Part shown: piece by piece, positions 8,285-17,061 of the stretch
Layout: every line of letters begins with the position of its first letter
Numbering within the stretch: position 1 is the first letter of the stretch
Assembly: GCA_965248975.1 (NCBI GenBank)
Contig: CBDFKU010000020.1
Coordinates: 152,952 to 216,951, forward strand
Length of the DNA stretch: 64,000 nucleotides
Source: Dehalococcoidia bacterium
GTDB taxonomy: Bacteria > Chloroflexota > Dehalococcoidia > Lucifugimonadales > JAGWBF01
Direction: 5' to 3'
Notes under the pieces: generated by a model
Told to the model about the DNA's origin: nothing
The model's database searches: none
The model's input: only the letters and a program-made list of their open reading frames with translations
Program-made: the position numbers and the translations under genes

Positions 8285-8998
8285 ATGGTTGCGGAGCCAA
8301 AAGCACTGGCGACTTCTATTTCCACGGGCAGCAACGAGATAGACAAGAAGATGGGGGGCGGAATACCCATAGGCTCCCTGACCCTGGTCGAAGGGGTCTC
8401 CGACGCCGGCAAGAGCGTGCTCACCCAGCACCTTGCTCACGAAGCGGTTACCGGCGGATTTGAGGTCGCCTACTACACCACCGAGAACACCGTCAAGAGC
8501 CTGCTCACCCAGATGGGCTCCCTTAACCTGGACGTGACTGACTACTTCCTGATGGACCGGCTCCGGATCTACCCGTTGCAGATTTCCCAAAACGATGAGA
8601 GTGGGACCGCTTTCAAGAACCTGGCCACGCACATAGATACCATTCCTCGGGCGTTCAATGTCGTAGTCATCGACTCGGTCACCAACCTGGTGACCCACAG
8701 CACAGAATCCACCATCATGGACTTCTTCATTGCTTGTAAAGACATATGTGACAACGACAGAAGCGTCTTCATGGTGGTCCACTCCTACGCATTCGACGAG
8801 CGGATGCTCATCCGTGTCAGGTCTCTGTGCGACGCCCATCTCAAGCTCCGGCTTGAGGAGATCGGCGAGAGGCTGGTCAAGATGATGGAAGTGAGCAAGG
8901 TGCGCAACGCCGAACGGACCACGGGAAACATCATCAGCTTCGACGTTGAGCCCGGGTTGGGTATGAGAATCATTCCTGTGACGAAGGCGAAAGCATAA
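8285..8998 (+). CDS. arlH: ArlH/FlaH, KaiC/RecA-like archaellum ATPase
   Basis: STGSNEIDKKMGGGIPIGSLTLVEGVSDAGKSVL (Walker A). ~237 aa, directly upstream of arlI. Confidence 0.8.
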   Translation: MVAEPKALATSISTGSNEIDKKMGGGIPIGSLTLVEGVSDAGKSVLTQHLAHEAVTGGFEVAYYTTENTVKSLLTQMGSLNLDVTDYFLMDRLRIYPLQISQNDESGTAFKNLATHIDTIPRAFNVVVIDSVTNLVTHSTESTIMDFFIACKDICDNDRSVFMVVHSYAFDERMLIRVRSLCDAHLKLRLEEIGERLVKMMEVSKVRNAERTTGNIISFDVEPGLGMRIIPVTKAKA

Positions 8999-9000
8999 AG

Positions 9001-10722
9001 ATGGCAAAGCCACTTCTACCATTCGAAGTTCAGTCGGAGCATAGCCACAAGGGCGACGATTCCAAGTGCCCTGTGTTCCGCATGCTTCCCAAGGAGCTCA
9101 GAAAGGAGTCAAAGAATAAGGCCCACCTGAGGGAGTACCTGCACGCCCTGCCCATAGACAAGTTGGGTGTGCCCCAGTTCCACAAGACCCTGGACCGCAA
9201 GCTGGGGGAACTGCAGAACCCTAACCTCATATATCCCTCGGGCAAAGAGAACTTTATCCACATCTATCCCAATCCCGGCGATGCGCGGAACCACTACATA
9301 GCCATCGAGCCGGGCATGTCCGAGGACCTTGCCGGCATCAATGATGATGTGGAGATCCGGCTGGTGGACTTCGTCGGCGACCTTGACGATGGCACCATCG
9401 ACGGTAAAGAGCGAGCCCAGCTCCTACTGAAGAGCTTGGACAAGGTCTGCACGGTCAGCAAGGATGGCGCCAAGCCTCAGAAAGGCACCAGCAAGGACGG
9501 CAAAGGAAAGGTGGTCCTGACTCCTAAGCAGTACGAGGCCCTGAGATATCTGATGGTCAGGGACAAGGAAGGTATGGGCCCCCTCGAACCCATGATAACC
9601 GACCCATACATCGAGGACATAAGCTGCAGCGGGGTGGGATCCCTGTTCGTAGAGCACAAGATCTTCAAGGGTCTCAAGGCCACCGTAGCCTTCGACTCCA
9701 TCGAGGAGCTGGACAGCTTCGTCATTCGGATGTCGGAGAAGATCGGCAAGCCGGTGACCTTCCGGGACCCCATCGTGGACGCTACCCTTCCCGATGGCTC
9801 CCGAATCAATATTGTCTTCGGGGGAGACCTGTCCAAGCGCGGCAGCAACTTTACCATCCGGAAGTTCATGGCCAGCCCCATGAGCATCCTGCAGCTCGTG
9901 GCGTCAGGCGGCCTCACCTACGAGATGGCGGCGTACTTCTCCCTGACCCTGGGCCACGGTATGAACATGTTCGTCTCCGGGGAGACGGCCTCGGGTAAGA
10001 CCACCCTGATGAACGCCCTTACCACCTTCATCGCACCCACCGGCAAGATCGTCAGCATCGAGGATACCCCCGAGCTCCAGGTTCCTCACCCCAACTGGAT
10101 CAGGGAGGTGGTGCGGGGCAGCACAAAGGCCTCATCGAACTCGGCGGTGACAATGTTCGACCTGCTGAAGGCCGCCCTGAGGCAGCGGCCGAACGAGATC
10201 ATCATCGGGGAGATCCGGGGGGAGGAAGGGGCCATCGCCTTCCAGGCTATGCAGACAGGCCACGCGTGCATGGCCACCTTCCACGCCGCGTCGGTTGAGA
10301 AGCTGATCCAGAGGCTCACTGGCAACCCCATCAACGTGCCCAAGACCTATGTCGACAACCTGAACCTGGTGGCCATCCAGAGCATGGTCAGGCTTCCCAA
10401 CGGCAAAGAAGGCAGAAGGATCCTGAGCGTGAACGAGATCGTGGGGTACGACTCCTCCAGCGACTCCTTCTCCTTCATCGAGGTGTTCCGGTGGAACCCC
10501 GCCGATGACGCCTTCGAGTTCAGCGGCTACATGAACAGCTATCTCCTGGAGGAGCGCATCGCCATGCAGAGGGGGATACCCCCTCATAAGAAAAGGACCA
10601 TCTACGACGAGCTAACCAGGCGGGCCAACATTCTTAAGAAGTTACAGGAACAGGGGAAAAACGACTTCTATGAACTCTACCAAGTCCTCTCGAAAGCGTA
10701 TAGAGAAGGAGTCCTCCGATAG
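9001..10722 (+). CDS. arlI: ArlI/FlaI, archaellum assembly/motor ATPase (secretion ATPase superfamily)
   Basis: Walker A VSGETASGKTTLMNAL; IVSIEDTPEL; RQRPNEIIIGEIRGEE; TGHACMATFHA. 573 aa. Confidence 0.85.
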   Translation: MAKPLLPFEVQSEHSHKGDDSKCPVFRMLPKELRKESKNKAHLREYLHALPIDKLGVPQFHKTLDRKLGELQNPNLIYPSGKENFIHIYPNPGDARNHYIAIEPGMSEDLAGINDDVEIRLVDFVGDLDDGTIDGKERAQLLLKSLDKVCTVSKDGAKPQKGTSKDGKGKVVLTPKQYEALRYLMVRDKEGMGPLEPMITDPYIEDISCSGVGSLFVEHKIFKGLKATVAFDSIEELDSFVIRMSEKIGKPVTFRDPIVDATLPDGSRINIVFGGDLSKRGSNFTIRKFMASPMSILQLVASGGLTYEMAAYFSLTLGHGMNMFVSGETASGKTTLMNALTTFIAPTGKIVSIEDTPELQVPHPNWIREVVRGSTKASSNSAVTMFDLLKAALRQRPNEIIIGEIRGEEGAIAFQAMQTGHACMATFHAASVEKLIQRLTGNPINVPKTYVDNLNLVAIQSMVRLPNGKEGRRILSVNEIVGYDSSSDSFSFIEVFRWNPADDAFEFSGYMNSYLLEERIAMQRGIPPHKKRTIYDELTRRANILKKLQEQGKNDFYELYQVLSKAYREGVLR

Positions 10723-12153
10723 CGTCGTACTGAGCTTCGACTTGTTCTCCAGCCTTACCTACATGTCGGCGCTAGCTATCGGGGAGACTCCAAGGGACGT
10801 GATTTTCCAGCACGTCATCCAGCAGCCGTACAAGACTGCTTCGTACTTCAAGCAGGTATACCTGCTGACGAAGAGGTTGGGGTTCGAGTACGGCCGCAGC
10901 TTCCAGCTGGTGTCCAAGAAGGCCGGGGCCTACACGGTGAAGAGCTTGCTCCTGAGGTTCGCGGGCTCCATATCCTCCGGAGAGTCCGAGCAGGAGTTCC
11001 TGGCCCAGGAGGCCAGGGTGGAGCGCGAGCAATACATCGACCAGTACCAGAGGAGCCTGGAAAGCCTTCAAAAGTGGGGCGACGCCTACGCCGCTCTCCT
11101 TGTATCGGTGTCCTTGATCGTGGTGGTGTCGATGATCTCGACGATGCTTTATGACATCGGCAACACCTTCGTCATGATGCTTACGGGGACGATGTTCTGT
11201 ATGTCCCTGGGGGGGCGTGGATCATCTACAAGTCAGCTCCATACGAATTGAAAGCCTATAAAAACCATAGGGGTCCCAAAGAAAGACGGAGATCCGCCCA
11301 GTTGCTGATGATCTTTGGGCCTCTGGGCGCTCTGATGGCCTTGTACCTGGCAGCTACCTCGGGGATCGGCCTTGCCTTCCTTGCCTTCGGCCTTTCCTTG
11401 CTGCCCGCGGGAATCTACGCATATATCGACGACATGAAGGTATCTCAGCTGGACCAAGAGGCCTCCAAGTTCCTGCGGTCCATGGGCAACGTCGCCGAGT
11501 CCCTTGGCACTACCCTGTCCTCGGCCATGACGAAGATCGACCGGCGTTCCCTTGGAAGCCTTGAGCCCTACGTGAAGAGGCTCCAGTCCCGCCTCCGCAG
11601 CCGAATAACACCGAACCTATGCTGGGACAGGTTCATGGACGAGACGGGCAGCGAGCTGATCCATCGCTCCACCAGGATGTTCGTGGACGGCGTGAGCCTG
11701 GGCGGCAGCCCGGAGAGAGTGGGCGCGGTCGCCTCGGACTACGCGATGAGCATCGCCCTGTTGAGGGCGAGGCGGCACGTAACGGCCTTACCCTTCGCCT
11801 ACCTGACCATCCCCCTTCATGGAGCCATGACAGGGCTGCTGATCTTCGTCCTGGAGATAATGGTTGCCTTCAACGGTAAGCTCAACACTGCCACCGAGGA
11901 GCTGTTAGCACAAGGTGGGAATTCAGCCGCGTCGATCCCCAACCTTCACGTTTTCAACCCCCAGGACATGTCACAGACCAGCCTCATCACCATGGGCGCG
12001 GTCATAGTGCTCACGGTGGCCAACACCCTGGCGCCCAAATTCGCGACTGGAGGGCACCGGCTGAAGCTGGCGTTCTACGGCAGCATCATGTGCACCCTCA
12101 CTGGGATAAACCTGATCATCATCCCTCCAGTCGCCGCGATGGTTCTCAAGTAA
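10670..12153 (+). CDS. arlJ: ArlJ/FlaJ polytopic membrane platform protein, interrupted by a frameshift at a G7 tract (listed as ORFs 10670-11251 and 11248-12153)
   Basis: Two T2SF-like halves. The second frame is open upstream and reads ..AWIIYKSAPYELKAYKN.. Joined at the tract, this continues the hydrophobic helix MMLTGTMFCMSLGG. The second ORF has only a TTG with no SD. Confidence 0.75.
11209..11215 (+). repeat. G7 homopolymer at the arlJ frame break
   Basis: ccctGGGGGGGcgtgg. One extra G (or two fewer) fuses the two halves. Confidence 0.9.
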
Positions 12154-12208
12154 ACCATGGCAGTTTCGGGCCGGAAAGACCCTTAAGTAAGTCCGAGGAG
12201 GATACGGC

Positions 12209-12697
12209 ATGGCGTTCATGAGCAAGTTCAAGAACAAGAAGGGCTCCAAAGACGAGCTAGATGATGAGATGCCAGATCTGGATTCAGATCTGGACGATGA
12301 CTCCGATGAGGAGGAAGAGAAGGAAAGCGACGTCGGAAGGTTCAAGCTCAACACCGTAAAGCTGAAAAAGAACCCAGATGACTCCGCCAAGACCGAAGAC
12401 GAGGAAGAAGACGCCGAAGCAGACGACGAAGCCGATGAGGCCGACGAAGATGAAGACGACGATGAGTCGGCCGAAAATGCATCCGTCGGTGAGGCAGAGA
12501 GCCCAGACGACTCGTTGATGGACCTCTTCGAGGTTGAAGAGGTGGTAGACCACCATCTCATCTCAATGGCTTCATGGGCGGATGAAGTGGAGGCGACGGA
12601 GTTGGCCGAGGAGCTGGATGCACTGGTCGACGAGATGCGCGAACGGTGGGGAGACGAAGACGATTACGAGCCAGAGGAAGAAAGACGGATATCATGA
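12209..12697 (+). CDS. Extremely acidic (D/E-rich) 162-aa protein of unknown function, last gene of the archaellum cluster
   Basis: DELDDEMPDLDSDLDDDSDEEEEKE..EDEEEDAEADDEADEADEDEDDDE..; gaggagg SD. No domain recognised. Confidence 0.5.
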   Translation: MAFMSKFKNKKGSKDELDDEMPDLDSDLDDDSDEEEEKESDVGRFKLNTVKLKKNPDDSAKTEDEEEDAEADDEADEADEDEDDDESAENASVGEAESPDDSLMDLFEVEEVVDHHLISMASWADEVEATELAEELDALVDEMRERWGDEDDYEPEEERRIS

Positions 12698-12761
12698 CGG
12701 CGACGTCGGATCGGTTCAGTGAGGGGACCAAGACTATGGTGAGGGAGGTCGGGAGCTAGAT

Positions 12762-14327
12762 ATGGGTATGATCACGGGTAGCCAGGGGGAACTTACTATG
12801 CCGCAAGGGATGAGCGTCGGCTCGAAAATGGGCACCCTTGGCCGTGGGATGGGACGATACAAGCTGACCGTCTTCTTTGCCATTACCGCGGCGCTGGTTA
12901 TCGCTGTCGGCTCGGTAATAGTGAATCATGTCATACGCGACCTCCCCGTCGACAACGTGGTGAGGATAGCGGAAGAGAACGCGACGCTGGAGGTTCAACG
13001 GATCGAGTCTTTGATGCGGGCGGCGGGCAGTAACGACCTTCAGGAGTCCCTGCCGGCGGACCTTGAGTCTTTGATCGACTCCAGCAGCGGTGTCCTTGGT
13101 CGCTTGCAGGGTTTGGATATCGTGAAGTTCAATCTGCTGAACACCGACGGAGCTCTTTTGTGGAGCGCCAGACAGGGCCAGGCCGGACTCTCTGACGAGC
13201 AGGTTTACCTGTTTCAGGGCGCCCTGGCCGGACAGACCCGATCGCGGTTGGTCGACGGCCGATTCCTGGTCGACATGAACGGCGTTGAGCAAAGGGTCGA
13301 CGTGGCCGAAACCTATATACCCGTCACGAACGCATCCTCGGGAGAAATTGTCGGCGTCCTGGAGGTCCACAGCGACGTGACCAGAGAGGCTGCCCTTCAG
13401 GTGGACGGCGCGAAGTCGGCCCTTCGTATCACAATGGGGACCATGGCTGGCCTGGTGCTGGTCCTCCTCGGCTTCGTGGTGGTGGCCGACGTAATGATCT
13501 CCCGGTCCAGCCGGCGTGAGCTGTCCCTGGTGGAGGAAGCCAACCGTAACCTGGAAGAACGGGCTAGAGAGCGAGCTCAGGAGTTGGAGCGTGCTAACCA
13601 GCAGCTAGTCGAAGCCCAGGACCAGCTGGTACGCACCGAGAGGTTGGTAGCCATCGGACAGCTCTCCGGCAGCGTAGCCCACGATCTGAGGAATCCCCTG
13701 GGGGCCATCAACAATGCCATCTATTACCTGCGCAGGAGGCTGAACAACAGCGAGGCAGTCCGTTCCAATCCCAGGATCGGGCAGTTTCTGCAGATCATCG
13801 AGGACGAGGTACAGCACTCCAACCAGATAATCACGGATCTGATGAACTTCGCGCGGGCCAAGGCTCCCTCCCTTTCTCCGACGAATCTCGAGACGGTGAT
13901 CGAAGACACCATCTCCACCATCGCGTTGAGGGAGGATGTCAGGATCACCCGGCTGTTTGAGTCAGACCTACCGGCGGTTCCGGCCGACGCCGACCAGCTG
14001 CTGCGGGTTTTCATGAACCTGATCGTCAACGCTCAGGACGCGATGCCCGACGGTGGCGAGCTGACCATCAACGCCAACGTTGTGGGTAACTACGTCGAAG
14101 TGGGCTTCAGGGACAGGGGCATGGGAATACCCAATGAAGACATGAAGAAGATATTCGACCCCCTGTTTACGACAAAGACGCAGGGTACCGGTTTGGGACT
14201 GGCCATCTGCCAGCAGATCATTTCAAAGCATGGCGGGACCATCGACGTATCCGGCGGGTACGGCCAGGGCGCCACCTTCACCGTTAAGCTGCCCCGATTA
14301 ATCGAAAGATCGGACGGAGGAATGTAA
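12762..14327 (+). CDS. Membrane sensor histidine kinase (TM - extracytoplasmic domain - TM - coiled coil - HisKA - HATPase_c)
   Basis: TM segments LTVFFAITAALVIAVGSVIV and MGTMAGLVLVLLGFVVVADV; H-box SGSVAHDLRNPL; DRGMGI; GTGLGLAICQ. Confidence 0.9.
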   Translation: MGMITGSQGELTMPQGMSVGSKMGTLGRGMGRYKLTVFFAITAALVIAVGSVIVNHVIRDLPVDNVVRIAEENATLEVQRIESLMRAAGSNDLQESLPADLESLIDSSSGVLGRLQGLDIVKFNLLNTDGALLWSARQGQAGLSDEQVYLFQGALAGQTRSRLVDGRFLVDMNGVEQRVDVAETYIPVTNASSGEIVGVLEVHSDVTREAALQVDGAKSALRITMGTMAGLVLVLLGFVVVADVMISRSSRRELSLVEEANRNLEERARERAQELERANQQLVEAQDQLVRTERLVAIGQLSGSVAHDLRNPLGAINNAIYYLRRRLNNSEAVRSNPRIGQFLQIIEDEVQHSNQIITDLMNFARAKAPSLSPTNLETVIEDTISTIALREDVRITRLFESDLPAVPADADQLLRVFMNLIVNAQDAMPDGGELTINANVVGNYVEVGFRDRGMGIPNEDMKKIFDPLFTTKTQGTGLGLAICQQIISKHGGTIDVSGGYGQGATFTVKLPRLIERSDGGM

Positions 14328-15049
14328 TGACGGAACACCAGGGCAGGATCATGGTTGTCGACGACGATCTGGGTATGAGGGTCACCCTCGAGGGCGTCAT
14401 CGAAGATGAAGGTTACGAGGTCGTTGCGGTGGAGGATGGATACCAGGCTATCGAGATGGTTAGGCAAACGGAATTCGCCCTTATCTTCATGGATATCAAG
14501 ATGCCGGGGTTGAACGGAGTCGAGACCTACAGGGAGATCAGAAAGATAAGCCCGGACTCCGTCGTGGTCATGATGACCGGTTTCTCCGTGGAAGACCTTG
14601 TCAAAGAGTCCCTGGAAGTCGGGGCCTACTCCGTGATCTACAAGCCCTTCGACATGGCCCAGGTGATCGAGATCGTCGAAGCCGTTCTGGAGACCACGTG
14701 CGTGTTGGTGGTAGACGATCGTGCGGCCGACCGGATAACCCTGCAGGGCATCCTCGAGGACGAGGGATACGACGTGTTCGTGGCGCAACACGGAAGCCAG
14801 GCCGTTTCCATGGTACGGGAGAAACACTACAGGGTGATCCTGATGGACATAAAAATGCCCGGCATGGACGGAATCTCCGCCTTCGAGGAGATCCGGAAGA
14901 TCGACCCGCAGGTGAAAGTCATTTTCGTCACCGGGTACGCCATGGACGACGCTGTGAAAGGAGCCCTCAAGAGGGGCGCCTACTCCCTGGTTATCAAGCC
15001 GGTCCGGCCGGAAGAGATGCTGACCCTGATGAAGGCAATCACGCAATAG
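14327..15049 (+). CDS. Tandem double-receiver response regulator (REC-REC, no output domain)
   Basis: IMVVDDD..IFMDIKMPGLNG..YKPF and VLVVDDR..ILMDIKMPGMDG..IKPV. Start overlaps the kinase stop (TAATG). Confidence 0.9.
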   Translation: MTEHQGRIMVVDDDLGMRVTLEGVIEDEGYEVVAVEDGYQAIEMVRQTEFALIFMDIKMPGLNGVETYREIRKISPDSVVVMMTGFSVEDLVKESLEVGAYSVIYKPFDMAQVIEIVEAVLETTCVLVVDDRAADRITLQGILEDEGYDVFVAQHGSQAVSMVREKHYRVILMDIKMPGMDGISAFEEIRKIDPQVKVIFVTGYAMDDAVKGALKRGAYSLVIKPVRPEEMLTLMKAITQ

Positions 15050-15059
15050 GAGACAAGAT

Positions 15060-17009
15060 ATGGCTTATCTGGCAAATATTCTTGTGGTGGATGATGAGAA
15101 GGGCACGCTGGACACCCTTGTCGGCGTCCTTGAGGGAGAAGGCCACCGGGCAGTCGGGTTCCAGAGTGGGGCGGAGGCCATCAGGAGCCTGGTGGCTGAG
15201 GAAGCCAGCGCAGACATAGACATCGTCATATCTGACCTGAAGCTGCCCGATATGAGCGGTCTTGAGATACTGATGGCGCTCAAGAAAATCAAGCCCGATG
15301 CAGCCTTCATTCTGATGACCGGCTACGCCACCGTCGAGACGGCCATCGAAGCGGTGAACAAAGGCGCCTTCACTTATCACATGAAGCCCCTGGACCTGGA
15401 CGCCCTGGGCAACAGCATCCGCAACGCGGTGCGGCACCAGGAGCTTCTGGCGGAGAACAAGAAGCTCCTGGACAGGCTGCAGCGGATGAACAAAGAGCTC
15501 ACTATATCCAACCGGGAGCTGCAGAACGCTGCCGAGCGGGTCCGCCTGTCGGAAATCAAGTACCGGACTGTAGTGGAGCAGGCAGGTGACGGCATCTTCA
15601 TAGTGGATCCAGAGAATGGAAACTTCGTTGAGGTCAATCCCAGGATGGAGGCCTTGACCGGTTATTGTCGGGAGGAGCTGCTCAATCTGATCATGCCGAT
15701 GCTCCATCCCGAGTCCGAGCAGACCGCCGGCATGGGACTGCTGGGGCGGACGTTGGAGCACGGACATGGGGGTGCGGATTATCTCTCCTTCCAGCAGAAA
15801 AACGGGGACCGGATTCCGGTGGACCTGAACACCAACCTAGTGGAGTACGAGGGCAGGAGCGTGGTCCTGGGGATCGCCAGGGACGTGACCGAGCGAAAGA
15901 CCGTGGAAGAGCGCGTCCGGGAGACCAGTCGACTGGTCTCCGTCGGAGACCTGGCGGCCGGGGTCGCCCATGAGATCAACAACCCACTCACCATCATTCT
16001 AGGATTTTCCCAGCTGCTGATGGCCAGGGAGCTCCCCGATCAGGTCGGATCCCACGTGGAGAGGATCTACACCGAGGCCCAGAGAGCGGCGAAGATCGTT
16101 CAGAACCTGATCTCCTTCGCCTGGAGGCGCCGGCCCGAGAAACAGTACATGGACGTGACCGCGGTCCTGCAGCGGGCACTGGAGCTGAAATCCTATGACT
16201 TCAAGGTAAACAACATCGAGGTCTCTGCTCTATGGGACCGTGACTTGCCCCTTACCATGGTCGACGAGTACCAGATGACCCAGTCCATTATCAACATCAT
16301 GAACAACGCCGAGCAGGCCATGTACGAGGCCCACCAGGGCGGAAGGCTCACCATTCGTGCCAGCAGGTCCGATGATAGGATTAAGGTCACCATCGCCGAC
16401 GATGGGCCCGGCATCCTCGTCGAGCATCTGCGAAAGATATTCGATCCCTTCTTCACTACCAGGGAAGTGGGCTCGGGGACCGGCCTCGGTCTGAGCATAT
16501 GCTACGGAGTGATCCGGCAGCACGGCGGAACGATCTGGGCCGAGAGCGTTCCCGACGGCGGCACCACGGTCTGCATCACGCTGCCTATATCCAGAGCCAG
16601 ATCCTGGGAAGATTCGGAGTCCGGTGAGGAATTCGTATCGACCAAACACCTGTTGGTCGTAGAGGACGAGCCCCACCTGCGGGACCTCTTGGCCGATGCC
16701 CTGGCCATCGAGCGCTACATGGTGGACATGGCGGAGGATGAGCTGGAGGCTCGACGTAAGCTAGGAAAGCATCCATACGACTGCGTGGTGTTGGACCTGA
16801 AGGCGTCGAAAGATGGTGGCTGGCGCCGTTGCCGGCTTATCGAGGACTGTGACAGGGATATGGCCGGCAGAGTGATCTTCGTGGCCGGAAACGAGGATGG
16901 GGCCTGGGCCGAGGCCACAGGGAATCCGATGGTGAGGGAGCCCTTCAGCATAGAAGAGCTACGACGCCAAATCCTCGGACCGAGGGAGATGGCGCCGGCT
17001 TACCGGTAG
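15060..17009 (+). CDS. Hybrid histidine kinase REC-PAS-HisKA-HATPase_c-REC
   Basis: [21 protein letters not shown]; PAS region; H-box [12 protein letters not shown]; DDGPGI; [13 protein letters not shown]; C-terminal [14 protein letters not shown]. Paralog of the kinase at 3-1235. Confidence 0.9.
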   Translation: MAYLANILVVDDEKGTLDTLVGVLEGEGHRAVGFQSGAEAIRSLVAEEASADIDIVISDLKLPDMSGLEILMALKKIKPDAAFILMTGYATVETAIEAVNKGAFTYHMKPLDLDALGNSIRNAVRHQELLAENKKLLDRLQRMNKELTISNRELQNAAERVRLSEIKYRTVVEQAGDGIFIVDPENGNFVEVNPRMEALTGYCREELLNLIMPMLHPESEQTAGMGLLGRTLEHGHGGADYLSFQQKNGDRIPVDLNTNLVEYEGRSVVLGIARDVTERKTVEERVRETSRLVSVGDLAAGVAHEINNPLTIILGFSQLLMARELPDQVGSHVERIYTEAQRAAKIVQNLISFAWRRRPEKQYMDVTAVLQRALELKSYDFKVNNIEVSALWDRDLPLTMVDEYQMTQSIINIMNNAEQAMYEAHQGGRLTIRASRSDDRIKVTIADDGPGILVEHLRKIFDPFFTTREVGSGTGLGLSICYGVIRQHGGTIWAESVPDGGTTVCITLPISRARSWEDSESGEEFVSTKHLLVVEDEPHLRDLLADALAIERYMVDMAEDELEARRKLGKHPYDCVVLDLKASKDGGWRRCRLIEDCDRDMAGRVIFVAGNEDGAWAEATGNPMVREPFSIEELRRQILGPREMAPAYR

Positions 17010-17061
17010 ACGGGCGTCATAGAGAACACGGCCGATGAAAGATCGATAGGAGACCCCGGTA

